Positions 52,230 through 64,000 of a stretch of 64,000 nucleotides of DNA are shown in pieces. Every line of letters begins with the position of its first letter. The stretch's first letter is position 1. The stretch comes from the human T2T-CHM13v2.0 reference genome, Homo sapiens. The notes below the pieces were generated by a model, which was not told the DNA's origin, ran no database searches, and worked only from the letters and a program-made list of their open reading frames with translations. The position numbers and the translations under genes were made by a program. The stretch lies in the NCBI GenBank assembly GCA_009914755.4, contig CP086569.2:4224001-4288000 (forward strand), read 5' to 3'.

Positions 52230-52580
52230 ATTTGTATCTTGAAACTAAATTACCAACATGGTAGTATTAAGAGGTGCGGCCATTAGGAAGTGATGAAATT
52301 GAGGAAGGAAGTCTTCAGGGATTGGATTGGGGCTTTATAAAAAAGGCTTGAGGAATGGGTTCACTATCCTCTGCTTCTCTGCCATATGATAATACAATGT
52401 TCATCCCCTTGCTGTCCTTCCTATCCCTTCCATCATGTGAGGATATCTAGATGATGCCATGTGTAAGGAACAGGCCTTTACTAGAAACCAAATATACCAG
52501 TGTCTGGAGATTGGACTTTTCAGCTTCCAGAACTGTGAGGAAATAAATTTCTGTTCTTTATAAATTATCTAGTCTCAAGT
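52230..52580 (+). mobile_element. MaLR-type LTR fragment (MLT1/MST-like)
   Basis: '...ttaggaagtgatgaaattgaggaaggaagtcttcagggattggattgg...atcatgtgaggatatctagatgatgccatgtgtaaggaacagg...ttttcagcttccagaactgtgaggaaataaatttctgttctttataaattatctagtctcaagtgttttgttatagcagcatgaactgac'. Confidence 0.55.
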
Positions 52581-54289
52581 GTTTTGTTATAGCAGCATGA
52601 ACTGACAAGATAATATTCTTACACAAATTAATATAAAGCTAGATGGGTGGGACACATGAGAACAATTTACCAATAAGTAGTTTTAAATAAAATACTGAGA
52701 AAATGAATTCCTCAGTTAAATAAAAATAACATACAAAGATCTATGTGTGTGTATATATAATATCTATCCATATCTATATAAACTTGACTTTACATATACA
52801 CAAGGAAAATATGTTGTAAGATTCCATGTGGAGTTGCATTTCAAGAAAATATTTAGTTTAAGCTAAGTTATAAAGAGCAATGTTAGATAACATACACATC
52901 TTATAATAGTCTGTAATCGTATTTCCTTTCATTACAGATAAAACTTGAAATTTGAGAAAGTATTATTGCAAAATGTGAAATATGCTAATGTGAAGGTGCC
53001 TGAATGAATTGTTCAAGAGCTGTCTTATTGGAAAAATAAATTTAACTACATCTTTATTAACTTAAGCATAGTATACTGAAATTTGCTTACAGCAGTCAAC
53101 TCTGAGCAATTCTTCTGGCCAAAATGTAATGACAATGCTTTACTTCTATTATCTGAGATTGAAACAAATTCTGCCCATAATTTCTGGGTGATAAAAAGCT
53201 AAGAGTTTTAAAATTAAGCAGATTTCATTTGACAACTGAGCTGAAATTTTGAGTCAGCCCTAAACTCCAATCTGCTATGTCCTTTTCACTTTTGGTGACC
53301 TTTTACTATGCTTTAACTTTAGTGCCTTAACTTGGTAAAATTGAAAGAAGAACAAAATAAATGTTGTGAGAGAAACTTGATTTCTCTATATTATAATTTG
53401 ATTGTAAAATAATCACATTAATGATTCTAAGTCCCTTAATAATTGATTTACTAGCAGATATATTATCAAGCAAACACTAGTTAATGTTACTTTGTCACAT
53501 ATAATTACAATGCAAATTAAACATACACAACGCATGCCCTCAAGGAATTTATATACCACAACAGACATAATCACAAAGATACACATAAATGTATATACAT
53601 CATATGACCAAATTTATATTTTTGTGTTGAAATTATTAGTAATATAATAAATATACAAATCAAGTATTATTTCTATAATGTATAAGGTTATTAATTTTAA
53701 CTAGCATAGTACCCATGTTATTTTTGTTTTGAGACACATGTATCATATATTACTGAAGTATAACAACATGAAACAGAGGACAGAACTATATTTTTGATAC
53801 ATTATATTCATAGCTTAAATGTAGCTTATTTTTTGGATGTATGCTTATTTATTTGAGAATCTATCTTTTTGTTCCAAGAAAGTAGTTTTGGACTCATGCT
53901 ACAGCTCATCAATTAATTGCATGAATGTGATATGCAGTTTTTGTGCGCCTTAAAATTTAAATTATGCAGTATATATGTCAAATGATCTGCAAACTAAATA
54001 TGAAAGCAATATTACATATAATTTAGGACAACTATAAGACACTTTTTATAGTGTGTTTTTTTAATATAAACTCTGTTAACAGGACTAACTAAAAATACCT
54101 AATCTTTGCTCTTCACAAAAATAATGTCAATTATGTCCTGTCCATGTCCAAATTCTATATATCACGTGTCACAAGAAAATTCAATATTCTTTAAAAAGTT
54201 ACCCATAGATTGTGTCTATTATACACAAACAACTGTTGATGTCTGAATATTTTATTGCTATAATAATTGTGGATGCCTTTTAATACATT

Positions 54290-54410
54290 AAAATAAAATG
54301 TTTTAATATTAATTTAATGTTAATGTTAATGAAATGTTTTAATATTAATATTAATAAAATGTTTTAGTATTGATTTAATGTATTAATAATACATTAACAA
54401 AACAAAGATG
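54290..54410. repeat. AT-rich minisatellite (~33-bp unit 'aaatgttttaatattaat...', about 3-4 copies)
   Basis: ttaaaataaaatgttttaatattaatttaatgttaatgttaatgaaatgttttaatattaatattaataaaatgttttagtattgatttaatgtattaataatac. Confidence 0.6.
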
Positions 54411-56855
54411 CCTATTTTTGCCACTTCTATTCAACAAAGTAATGGAAGTTTTAGCTAGAACAATTAGGCCAAAAAAAGAAAAAAGACGAAATAAAAGACT
54501 TCCAAGTTGGAAAAGAAAAAGTAACTATTTTTTATTGAAGATGACATAACCCATATATAGATAACCCTAAAGATTCCCAAAAAAACTCTTAGAACTAATC
54601 AATTTAGCAAAATTGCAAGATAAAAAAATAACCCACAAATATCAGTGGCTATTCTATATACTACCAACAAAAAATCTGAGAAGAAAATCAAGACAACGCG
54701 TCATTTAAAATAGCATCAGAAATAATAAAACTACTTAGGAATAAACTTTAAAATAAGAGGTGAAAAACTTGTACACTCAAAACTAAAAATATTGCTGAAT
54801 TAAATTGAAAAAGACACAAATAAATAGGAAGATATCTTGTGTTCATGGATTTAAAGACTTCATATTGTTAAGATGTTGCAGTACTACCCAAAGAAATGTG
54901 AGAATTAAATGAAATCCTTTTCAAAATCCCAGTAAAGATTTTGCAGAAATAGAAATATACATCTTAAAATTAATATGAAATTTCAAGGGATACCAAACAG
55001 CTAAAGCAATATTGAAAGAAAATTGGAGCTCTTATACTTTCTGATAGCAAATATATTACAAAACTAAAGCAATCAAAACAGTCTGGGACTGGCATAAAGA
55101 AAGATATATAGATCAATAGAATTGAACAGAGATTATAGAAAAAAATTGCATAATGTTCATATGATTTTTGACAAGGATGCCAAGACCCATTCAATGGGGA
55201 AAAAAGTGTTTTCAACAGATGTTGAGAAAACTGAGTATCTACATAAAAAAGAATAATAAAGTAGGGCCCTTACTTTATATATAAAAAAAATTAAAAATGT
55301 AAGAAAAACATATATTTAAACACTAAAACTATAAAACTTTAGAAGAACATATAAGGACATGATTTGTGACACTGGATTTGGTAATGATATCTTGAATGGC
55401 ACATCAAAAGCATAGTAAACAAAAGGAAAAAAGGATGAATTAGGTTACATCAAAATTAAGTTTTTTGGCATCAAAGAGTACTATCAACAGAAGGAAAAGT
55501 CAATCCAGAGAATGGGAGAAAATATTTGCAAATTATATATAACATGTTAGTATCCAGAATATGTAAAGAACACCTAGAATTTAACAACTTAAAAACAACA
55601 ACAACAAAAAAAACAAATTATAAAATGGGTAAAAGGCTTGAATAGACATTGAAGATACAAATGGCCAATAAGCACATAACATGTTTGATATCACTAATTA
55701 TTAGGGAAATGCACATAAAAACCGTAATGAGATCACACATTACACCCATTATAATGATTATCTCCAAAACAAAAAAAAAAAAGAAAAAAAAACAAAAAAC
55801 AGAAAATACTTGGAGAAATTGGAATACTTGTGCACTGCCATTAGAAATGTAATGTATTGCAGCTGCTGCAAAACACAGTTTGGTAGTTCTTCAAAAAATT
55901 AAGTATAGAATTACCATATGATGTAGTAATTCCACTTCTGGGTATATCAGCAAAAGAGTTGAAATCATGGACTCAATCAGATATTTGTACACCCATGTTC
56001 ATAGCAGCAGTATTTACAAGAGTCAAAAGGTGGAAACAACCCAAATGTCCATTCACAGACTAATGAATACACAAAATGTGGTATATATGGTAGTTTCTCA
56101 GTATCTATGGGGGATTGGTTTTAGGGACTTTTGTGGATACCAAAATCCACTTATGGATGCCTAAGTCCCTAATATAAAATGATGTAGTATTTGCATTTAA
56201 CATATGCACATGCTCTTTTGTATTTTTAATCATCTCTAGATTACTTATAATTCCCCATACAATGTAAGTGCAATGTAAATAATTGTTATATTCTACTGTT
56301 TAGAAAATAATGTCAAGGAAAAATTATTTTTACATGCTCAGTACAGAGGCATTTATCCATTTTTTCAAAATATTCTTGATCTATGGCAATTTGAACCTAT
56401 GGATGCGGAACCCAAAAATATGGAGGGTCTAATATATGAACAATGCAATATTATTCAGCCTTGAAGAGGAAGACAGTTCTGACACATGCTACAACATGGA
56501 TAAATCTTAAATACATTGCCTAAGACTTAGTGAGATAAGCTAGTCATAAAAGGACAAATACACTTATATTTGGTATAGAAGTACTAAAGTAGTCAAATTC
56601 ATACAGACAGAAAGTAGAATGGTAGTTGCCAGGGGATGGGTGTAGGAGAAATGGGTAATTATTGTTTAATAGGTAAATTCTCAGTTTTTGAATGTAAAAA
56701 GTTCTAGAGGTAGATGGTGGTGATGTTTCCACAACAATGTACATTAACAAGATTTCCATTAACAATATAGTTAATGCCACTGAACTGTACACTTAAAAAT
56801 GGTTAGAATGGGAAATTTTATATTAGCATATCTCACTACAATTTTTAAAAAGTAA
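54403..56855 (+). mobile_element. Old L1 (L1M-type) 3' half: ORF2 RT-distal region to the 3'UTR
   Basis: Nucleotide and translated colinearity with L1 ORF2. Examples: '...gccacttctattcaacaaagtaatggaagttttagctagaacaattagg', '...caaagcaatattgaaagaaaattggagctcttatactttctgat', '...aatggccaataagcacataacatgtttgatatcactaattattagggaaatgcacataaaaaccgtaatgagatcacacattacacccat'. 3'UTR '...agaaagtagaatggtagttgccaggggatgggtgtaggagaaatggg...aatgccactgaactgtacacttaaaaatggttag...'. Confidence 0.8.
56093..56446. mobile_element. Nonautonomous DNA-transposon-like insertion (MITE-type) nested in the L1 ORF2 tail
   Basis: L1 sequence 'aaaatgtggtatatatgg' breaks and resumes at 'tatatgaacaatgcaatattattcagcc'. The insert is '...ttggttttagggacttttgtggataccaaaatccacttatggatgcctaagtccctaatataaaatgatgtagtatttgcatttaacatatgcacatgctc...ttacttataattccccatacaatgtaagtgcaatgtaaataattgttatattctactgtttagaaaataatgtcaaggaaaaattatttttacatgctcagtacagaggcatttatccattttttcaaaatattcttgatctatggcaatttgaacctatggatgcggaacccaaaaatatggagggtct'. 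TA-rich junctions suggest a Tc1/mariner-like TA target. Confidence 0.55.
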
Positions 56856-57039
56856 ATGACAAAAAATAAACGATTTCATGAAACAAATTATTGGTTAAGA
56901 CAATTAGAGTTAATTTACAACATATTTATAGGTCAGGTTCTCAGATAAATGTACATATAGGCAGTTCTAATATATTAACATTTCCTTTCTCATTAATAGT
57001 CATTTATTGTTTATTGAGGCTATTTCTAAATATCAGGGC

Positions 57040-57300
57040 CCAAATACACTAGTAGTAATACTAATTCTTCATTTCTTTTACTATTTTACTAAGGGCCAGT
57101 CACTCTCTGAAGTGCTTAAAAGTACTAATCCTAATTATTTTTCAAAAGTAACCTGGGTAAGTATTATTATTATTTCTATTTTACAAATGAAGAAACTCAG
57201 GCAGAGAAAAGATAAATCATTTAAACACAGTCACACAGAGCGTAAATGGATTGATGATTTAAGACCAATGACTCTGCAGAACCTTTCCTCTTAACAACTC
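57040..57300 (+). mobile_element. MIR SINE (ancient tRNA-derived SINE)
   Basis: '...ttattattatttctattttacaaatgaagaaactcaggcagagaaaagataaatcatttaaacacagtcacacagagcgtaaatggattgatgatttaagaccaatgactctgcagaacctttcctcttaacaactc' versus the MIR core '..ccattttacagatgaggaaactgaggcacagagaggttaagtaacttgcccaaggtcacacagc..gtaagtggcagagc.ggatt..aacccaggc.gtctgactcc...cc..tgctcttaaccact'. Confidence 0.6.
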
Positions 57301-58039
57301 TGATATCTTATGTAGTCCTTTCATCATCCACATTGATAGGTACACTTACACTTCTTTTCCAAATAAACTGAGGTATTGGAGTTTAAATAACTTGTCTGAA
57401 ATCATACATGTTCAGGATCTATATTCATGCGTATTTGACTCTGAAAACCTGGCTCTTAAATTACCAACAATACTACAATTCTCCAACTTGCAAAGAGTTT
57501 ATTTATGTCTCACACAGCCCCAGGATGAACTCAAGACCACAGAATATCCCAGTTTTTAACCAGAGTATTGACCACAATGAAAATAAAGAAAAAATTTGAA
57601 AAATAAACGGTAGCGGTAGATCTCATAAGTAAATCAAATAATTTGTTCCTTAAATATAGATAGATACATCACTAACATGCCTAAAAATTTGAAAAAAGAA
57701 GAAAGCAAAAAATACGCACATGAAAAATATAAATGGGGAAGTGAACACTGATACAGAAGAAGAAAAAATGATATAATAACATAATTAATTCAAGTTTATA
57801 AAAATAATATCAAAGATGATATAGATGAAATACCTGATTTTTTTGGGAAATATAAAATGACAAAATTGTTTCTTTAAAAAGCTAGAAAATCTAAACAGAC
57901 AAATTGTCATTGGAGAAAACAGTTTTGAAAAAGTAGTCAAAGAACTACTTAAAACTTATTAGTCATGGAATGTCTTTGTAGGTCAATTATCTTAAATCTT
58001 TAGAATACAGATGAATCCAGTATTATTTTAACTCTTTCT

Positions 58040-58769
<730 letters not shown>

Positions 58770-61684
58770 CCCAGGGCTCTTGTTTCGTGGGAATTGGGTA
58801 AAATGACATGGACACCTGTGGAGTGATTTTAAGGAGTGGAGAGTTTAATAGGCAAGAAAGAAGGGAGAAGAAAGAAGGAAGAAGCTCCCCTGTACAGACA
58901 GAGGGAGGGGTTCCCAAAGCCAAGAGAGGAGACCCCATGTGCAACAGAAAAGTGGCTACTTATATGAGTAGGCTGGAGGAGGTGGTGTCTGATTTGCATA
59001 GGGCTCAGGGGATTGGTTTGACCAGGCATGTCATTCACATAGCCCATGAAAAAGCTGGCCCTTCCGCCCTAGCCTTTTATTATGCAAATGCAGTGCGCCA
59101 TGATGTTCTACACATGGGGATATGTTGGGGAGGCCATGTTGCCAGACACATGTTGGGGCAAGGGCAAGAAGGCGACAGGAATTGCCATGTTTGGGCAGAC
59201 CCAGTTTCTAATGGCCAGCATTTGCATATCAAAGGTGGCCAGCCTGACTCTAAGAACCAGTGCTTTCCTGCTAGACAAGAAACATTTCTGGAGCTGCTTT
59301 AAAAGAAACAACAACTTCCCAAGGACCTCTTTTCCTCTTTATCTGCCTAAGATAATTTCTTAATAACTCCTATAACATTATGACAACCTTAGCAAACTAA
59401 CACAGTTGCAGAACACGAATAAAAAAAATTGCAAACATTTATTTTAAAGCTCACATAATATTGATAGCAAAACTGACATAGCAAATAGATAAAAAAGAAA
59501 AATGCAGTACAATTTCAGATGCAAAACCTTAAATAAAATATCAGCTAGAAAAGGTTTAGTCTTAGGTAAATATTTAACATACTTTATCATACTAATCAAA
59601 AGCCAGTAGATAAAAATCATAAAATGAGAAGAGTGATATTCAGCAAGATGGAGAGTTAGGAGCTGGTGCACTCATATCTCCTTATGACAACAATAATTTT
59701 GCAGGCATCCATGGACAAAAGTGCATTTGTGGAAACATTAGGACTGAGGTAGGAGGTTGTGAAACTCTGGTGGCACCTCGGACCTAGGAATGCCTTTTTA
59801 AGAGGCAAGACCCATGCCCCAGTGCTAGACTCAAAAACCATTGTCCTGATGCCAAACCTGGAAACAGCCTTATTTCCCTGTGGACTTGTCTACAGCACTA
59901 TTTTACCTTGTTTCTGTGACCAAAACTATCTGCCAAAGGCCCAGGAGGAGTCATGCACACTAGTGTCACTGGGGAAGGCCTTCTGACTTCAGTTCCACGG
60001 TAGATACTAAAATGGTTTGCAAACTTAGCCCCAGTCCTTCTTACTGCAGTTTGAGAGCAGCTCTGCCTGAAGGAATGCATGCCTGTCCATGCCCCTGTAG
60101 CCAGGCCAGCTGGCATTGGCCCCACAGCAGATCCTGAGATAGCTCTGCAACTCAGCCCAGCCCCTCTAAGTTGCAGTTTGAGAGCAGTTCTTTCCACACT
60201 GCGGAGGGACCTAGAGAAAAATTCACTCAGCATTGCCTCTGTAGGCAAGCCTACTGACCTTGGCCCCACTGTGAATCTTAAAACAGCCCTGTAAATTGAC
60301 TCCAGCTCATGTCAGCTATGGTCTGAGAACAGTCCTGCTTTCCCAGGAAGCCACTAGAATACAAATCCACTTCTGACACCAATGGCAGGCTTATAGGCCT
60401 CAGTCATGGCTACAGACTTGAACCAGTCCTGGACTCAGTTCAAAGCCCTTCCAGCCATGGTCTAGGGTCGGTATTATCTGTCTGAGGATTCTCAGAATTA
60501 CCCAGCATAAGCCCTCCCAGAGACCTAGAAGAAGCAGTACCCGTTCATCACCTGGAAACAGGAAAACCATCTGCAGATTTTGAAGTAGATCCTTATTCCA
60601 GTGCCAGATCTGCTGACCAAAGACCTGGAGTCAGTCCAGTCCACTCAAAAAACATATAGGATTCATACTCCCTAGAGCCCCTGGTAACAGGCCCACTAAG
60701 TGCAAATTCCAATGCAAAACCAGCAGCAGTCACATGACCTGGTTCAAACACCACTTGGCCACAATCTTGGAGATAATCCAATAAGCACAGGAAATCAACA
60801 GGAGAAGGTCTTCATCTGCCAAAAGTAGTCTGTAAATACTGAAAGAAGTGTTTGCTCATTCAAATGCATAGAACAAATGGACCTAAGAGATATATATGGA
60901 ACATTTTATCCAATAGCAGTAGCACAAATTTTTTTCTCAAGTATATATGGAATCTTCATCAGAATATATCATATTTTGGGCCACAAAACAACCTTTAACA
61001 AATTTAAGAATATTGTAATCATATCACATATCTTTTATGACCACTATGTTATAAAACTAGAAATCACCAATAGCAGAAATGTTGTAAAATTCAGAAATGT
61101 GTGAAAATTAAACAACTTGTTCCTAAACAACTGAGGGCCAAAAAATAAATTAAAAGCAAGTTTAAAACCATTATAAGAACACCAAAAATGGAAACATAAC
61201 ATACAAAAACTTAAAAGATTCGGCATAAGCAGTTCTAAGAGTAAAATTTGTAGCAATAAATGCCTTCATTAAGAAAAAAAAGATCTCAAATAACAGTCAA
61301 ATTTTGCACCTCAAGAAAAAGAAGAACTTAGCTAAAAGGATAAAGAAGAAAATGTAAACATCAGAACAAAAATAAAATAGACACAAGAAAGACAATAGAA
61401 AAGATCAATAAAACCAAGAGTTGGTTTTTTGAAAAGAAGAAATCTGACAAACCTTTAGGTAGACTAACTGTATTAGTTCATTCTTGCATTGCTACAAAGA
61501 AATACCTGAGACTTGGTAATTTATAAAGGCAATACAATGAAATTATAGGCAATCCAATTTCTGGTTACATGCCCAAAAGAAATGAAATTAGTATGTCAAA
61601 GTGATATCTGGATTCCCATGTTCATTGAGCTTTATTCACAGTGGCTAAGCTATGGAATCCATCCAAGTGTTCACTGATGGATAA

Positions 61685-62026
<342 letters not shown>

Positions 62027-62492
62027 ATATAATTTCATATATATATATGTGTGTGTGTGTGTTTATCACAATGTGTATGTATACAAACAATAAATATTAT
62101 TCAGCTTAAAACAGGAAAAAGACATTTCATTTCTGACAGCATGGAGATATTATTGCTAAGTGCAACATGCTAGACACAGAAGAACCAATACTGTATGATC
62201 TCATTTATATGTGGAATCTAAAAAAGTGAAACACTTAGAGAGTGGAACTGTGTTTCCCAGGTGCTGGGGGTGGGGAAAATGTGGAGATATTGGTCAAATG
62301 GCACAAATTTCCAGTTATAAAATAAACAACTTCTAAGAATCTAATGTACAGCATGGGTGGTGAAGGATATTGTAATTAATTTCATTATGATAATCATTAT
62401 TCAATATATACATATATCAGATTATCACACTGTACACCTTGAATATATACAATCTTCATTTGTCAATTAAATGTTTTTTTAAATTTAAAAAC

Positions 62493-63106
62493 TTACAAAC
62501 CCAAAAACACACAGTGTTCTTAAAAAATATCTGAAGATATTTTACAAAAGTCAAATTACAATGTAGTTCCAATTATGTTTTTCAAGATGGCTAACTCGGG
62601 CCATCTAATGCCTCTTCTCCTCAGAAAGAAAATCAAATTTACTGGTGAATGGAAAAGTTCCAAATGGAAAACTGAGAGAAGAGACCCAGGGCCTATTGGA
62701 GAGCCTACAGGAAGAAGCCCAGATGCAGAAAAGGGAAGCAGCAAGAGTCTAGCCGAGATCAACCCCTGGGGAACTCAGAGCCCCATGGAAAGGTTCTGTG
62801 GGAGTGCTTCTTTGCTCCCCTCACCCCTGTGACAATCTGCTGACTGCCAAACTGTTGGGGAGCCCCTCTGCCTTTGTAACCTAGGGCAACGCTATTGACG
62901 CCTTGCCAGAAGGTGGGGGGTGTGTGGGAGAAAGGAGAACATCCGGAAGAATAGCTAATGGATGCTGAGCTTAATACCTAGGTGATGGGATGATCTGTGC
63001 AGCAAACCTCCATGGCACACGTTTACCGATCTAACAAACCTGCACATCCTGCACAAGTAACCTTGAACTTAAAAATATAAGTTGGAAATTAAAAAAAATC
63101 ATGTTT
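62493..63106 (+). mobile_element. Poly(A)-terminated composite retro-insertion: ~370 bp of non-L1 sequence fused to an L1PA-type 3' end (62875-63100), inserted into the old L1 3'UTR
   Basis: 3' part 'ggtggggggtgtgtgggagaaaggagaacatccggaagaatagctaatggatgctgagcttaatacctaggtgatgggatgatctgtgcagcaaacctccatggcacacgtttaccgatctaacaaacctgcacatcctgcacaagtaaccttgaacttaaaaatataagttggaaattaaaaaaaatc' is an L1PA 3'UTR. 5' part 'ttcaagatggctaactcgggccatctaatgcctcttctcctcagaaag...ccagggcctattggagagcctacaggaagaagcccagatgcag...' does not match L1. Host L1MB 3'UTR sequence '..cactgta.ac..t..atatacaat.tt.atttgt..att..' recurs on both sides (62440-62492 and 63107-63160), about a 45-bp TSD-like duplication. Confidence 0.55.
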
Positions 63107-63194
63107 TGCACTGTAACTATATACAATTTTTATTTGTATATTTGTATAATTTAATTATACCTCAATAAATCTGAAAAAATAAAAAAGTGTCTTC

Positions 63195-64000
63195 GCATGT
63201 CCTTTCCCTGGTATTTTATGGGGCTGTTTGTTTTTCACTTGTTAATTTAAATTCCTTGTCGATTCTGGACATTGAACCTCTGACAGATGCTTGGTTTACC
63301 AATATTTTACCCTATCGTCTAAGTTGTCTCTTTATTCTGTTGACAATTATTTTGCTGTGCAGAAGCTCTTTTATTTAATTAGATCCCATTTGTCAATTAT
63401 TGTTTTTGTTGCATTTGCTTTTGGATTCATCATCATGAAATCTTTCCCAGGGTCTATGCTTAGAATGGTATTTCTTAAGTTATCTTCTAGGGTTTTTATG
63501 GTTTTAGGTGCTACATTTAAGTCTTTATTCCACTTCGAGTTGATTCTTTATATGGTGTTAGGAAGGGGTCCAGTTTCAATCTTCTGCATATGGCTAGCCA
63601 GTTATCTAGTACCACGTATTAACTAGTGAGTCCTTTTCCTGATTGCTTATTTTTGTTGGCTTTGTTGAACATCAGATAGTTGTAGGTGTAAGGCTTTATT
63701 TCTAGGTTCTCTATTCTGTTCTACTGGTGTATGCATCTTTTACTGTACCAGGGTCATGCTGTTTTGGTTATTGTAGCCTTATGGTATAATTTGAAGTTGG
63801 GTAATATGGTGACTCCAGCTTTGTTCTTTTTGCATAGGATTGCCTTGGCTATTCAGGCTCTTTTTTTGTTCCATATGAATTTTAAAATGTTTTTTTTTCT
63901 GATTCTGTAAAGTAAGTAATTGTTAGTTTGATAGGAATACCATTGAATCTGTAAATTGCTTTGGGCAGTATGACTATTTTAACAATGTTAATTCTCCCTA
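63195..64000 (-). mobile_element. Primate L1 (L1PB/L1MA-like) ORF2 C-terminal region, reverse orientation. Continues beyond the window
   Basis: Antisense of L1 ORF2: '...ttgctgtgcagaagctcttttatttaattagatcccatttgtcaattattgtttttgttgcatttgcttttgg...agggtttttatggttttaggtgctacatttaagtctttattccacttcgagttgattctttatatggtgttaggaaggggtccagtttcaatcttctgcatatggctagccagttat...tttggttattgtagccttatggtataatttgaagttgggtaatatggtgactccagctttgttctttttgcataggattgccttggctattcagg'. Confidence 0.75.

Noticed and set aside
58808-59302. 164-aa ORF as a protein-coding gene
   Set aside because: There is no recognisable domain, no splice or start context, and it sits in a short unassigned segment between repeats. A random ORF of this size is plausible in 64 kb across six frames. 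It is kept only as a low-interest finding tied to the octamer motifs.

Overview
This window is primate (human-like) nuclear genomic DNA: AT-rich, intergenic or intronic in character, and dominated by interspersed repeats. I see no convincing host protein-coding exon, rRNA, tRNA, CRISPR array or operon-like ORF organisation. All of the longer ORFs in the six-frame track fall inside transposable elements or GC-rich LTR sequence.

Repeat content recognised by eye, more than half of the window:
- Eight full or near-full Alu elements plus two Alu-derived fragments, most with intact target-site duplications (TSDs) and in mixed orientations.
- Several generations of L1. Young L1PA-type copies still show recognisable 5'UTR, ORF1 and ORF2 pseudo-ORFs. 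A nearly full-length old L1 (L1MB/MC-like), interrupted by an MaLR, runs 40465-50900. Older L1PB/L1MA/L1MB-MC fragments are also present.
- One solo LTR12 (HERV9) LTR with a 4-bp TSD, and several MaLR/ERVL LTRs. One of these is a complete THE1/MST-type LTR-internal-LTR element nested inside an old L1.
- A MIR, a MITE-like DNA transposon nested in an L1, many microsatellites, and several tandem duplications.

Nothing resembles a novel prokaryotic-style 'system'. The interesting signals are structural oddities of the TE landscape:
- An L1PA element that appears to be one insertion. Matching 13-bp TSDs sit at 13938 and 25571. It is split by a 4.9-kb block of older DNA, with a 43-bp direct repeat of L1 sequence at both junctions.
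- A 3'-truncated L1PA lying head-to-head with that element.
- An LTR followed by a tRNA-Lys-like primer-binding site and a GC-rich, VNTR-bearing, poly(A)-terminated block.
- A ~270-bp tandem array inside an old L1 5' region.
- A ~610-bp poly(A)-terminated chimeric retro-insertion (unknown 5' part fused to an L1PA 3' end), flanked by a ~45-bp duplication.

Family assignments below the class level (for example which MaLR or L1M subfamily) are from memory of consensus sequences and are given with moderate confidence.
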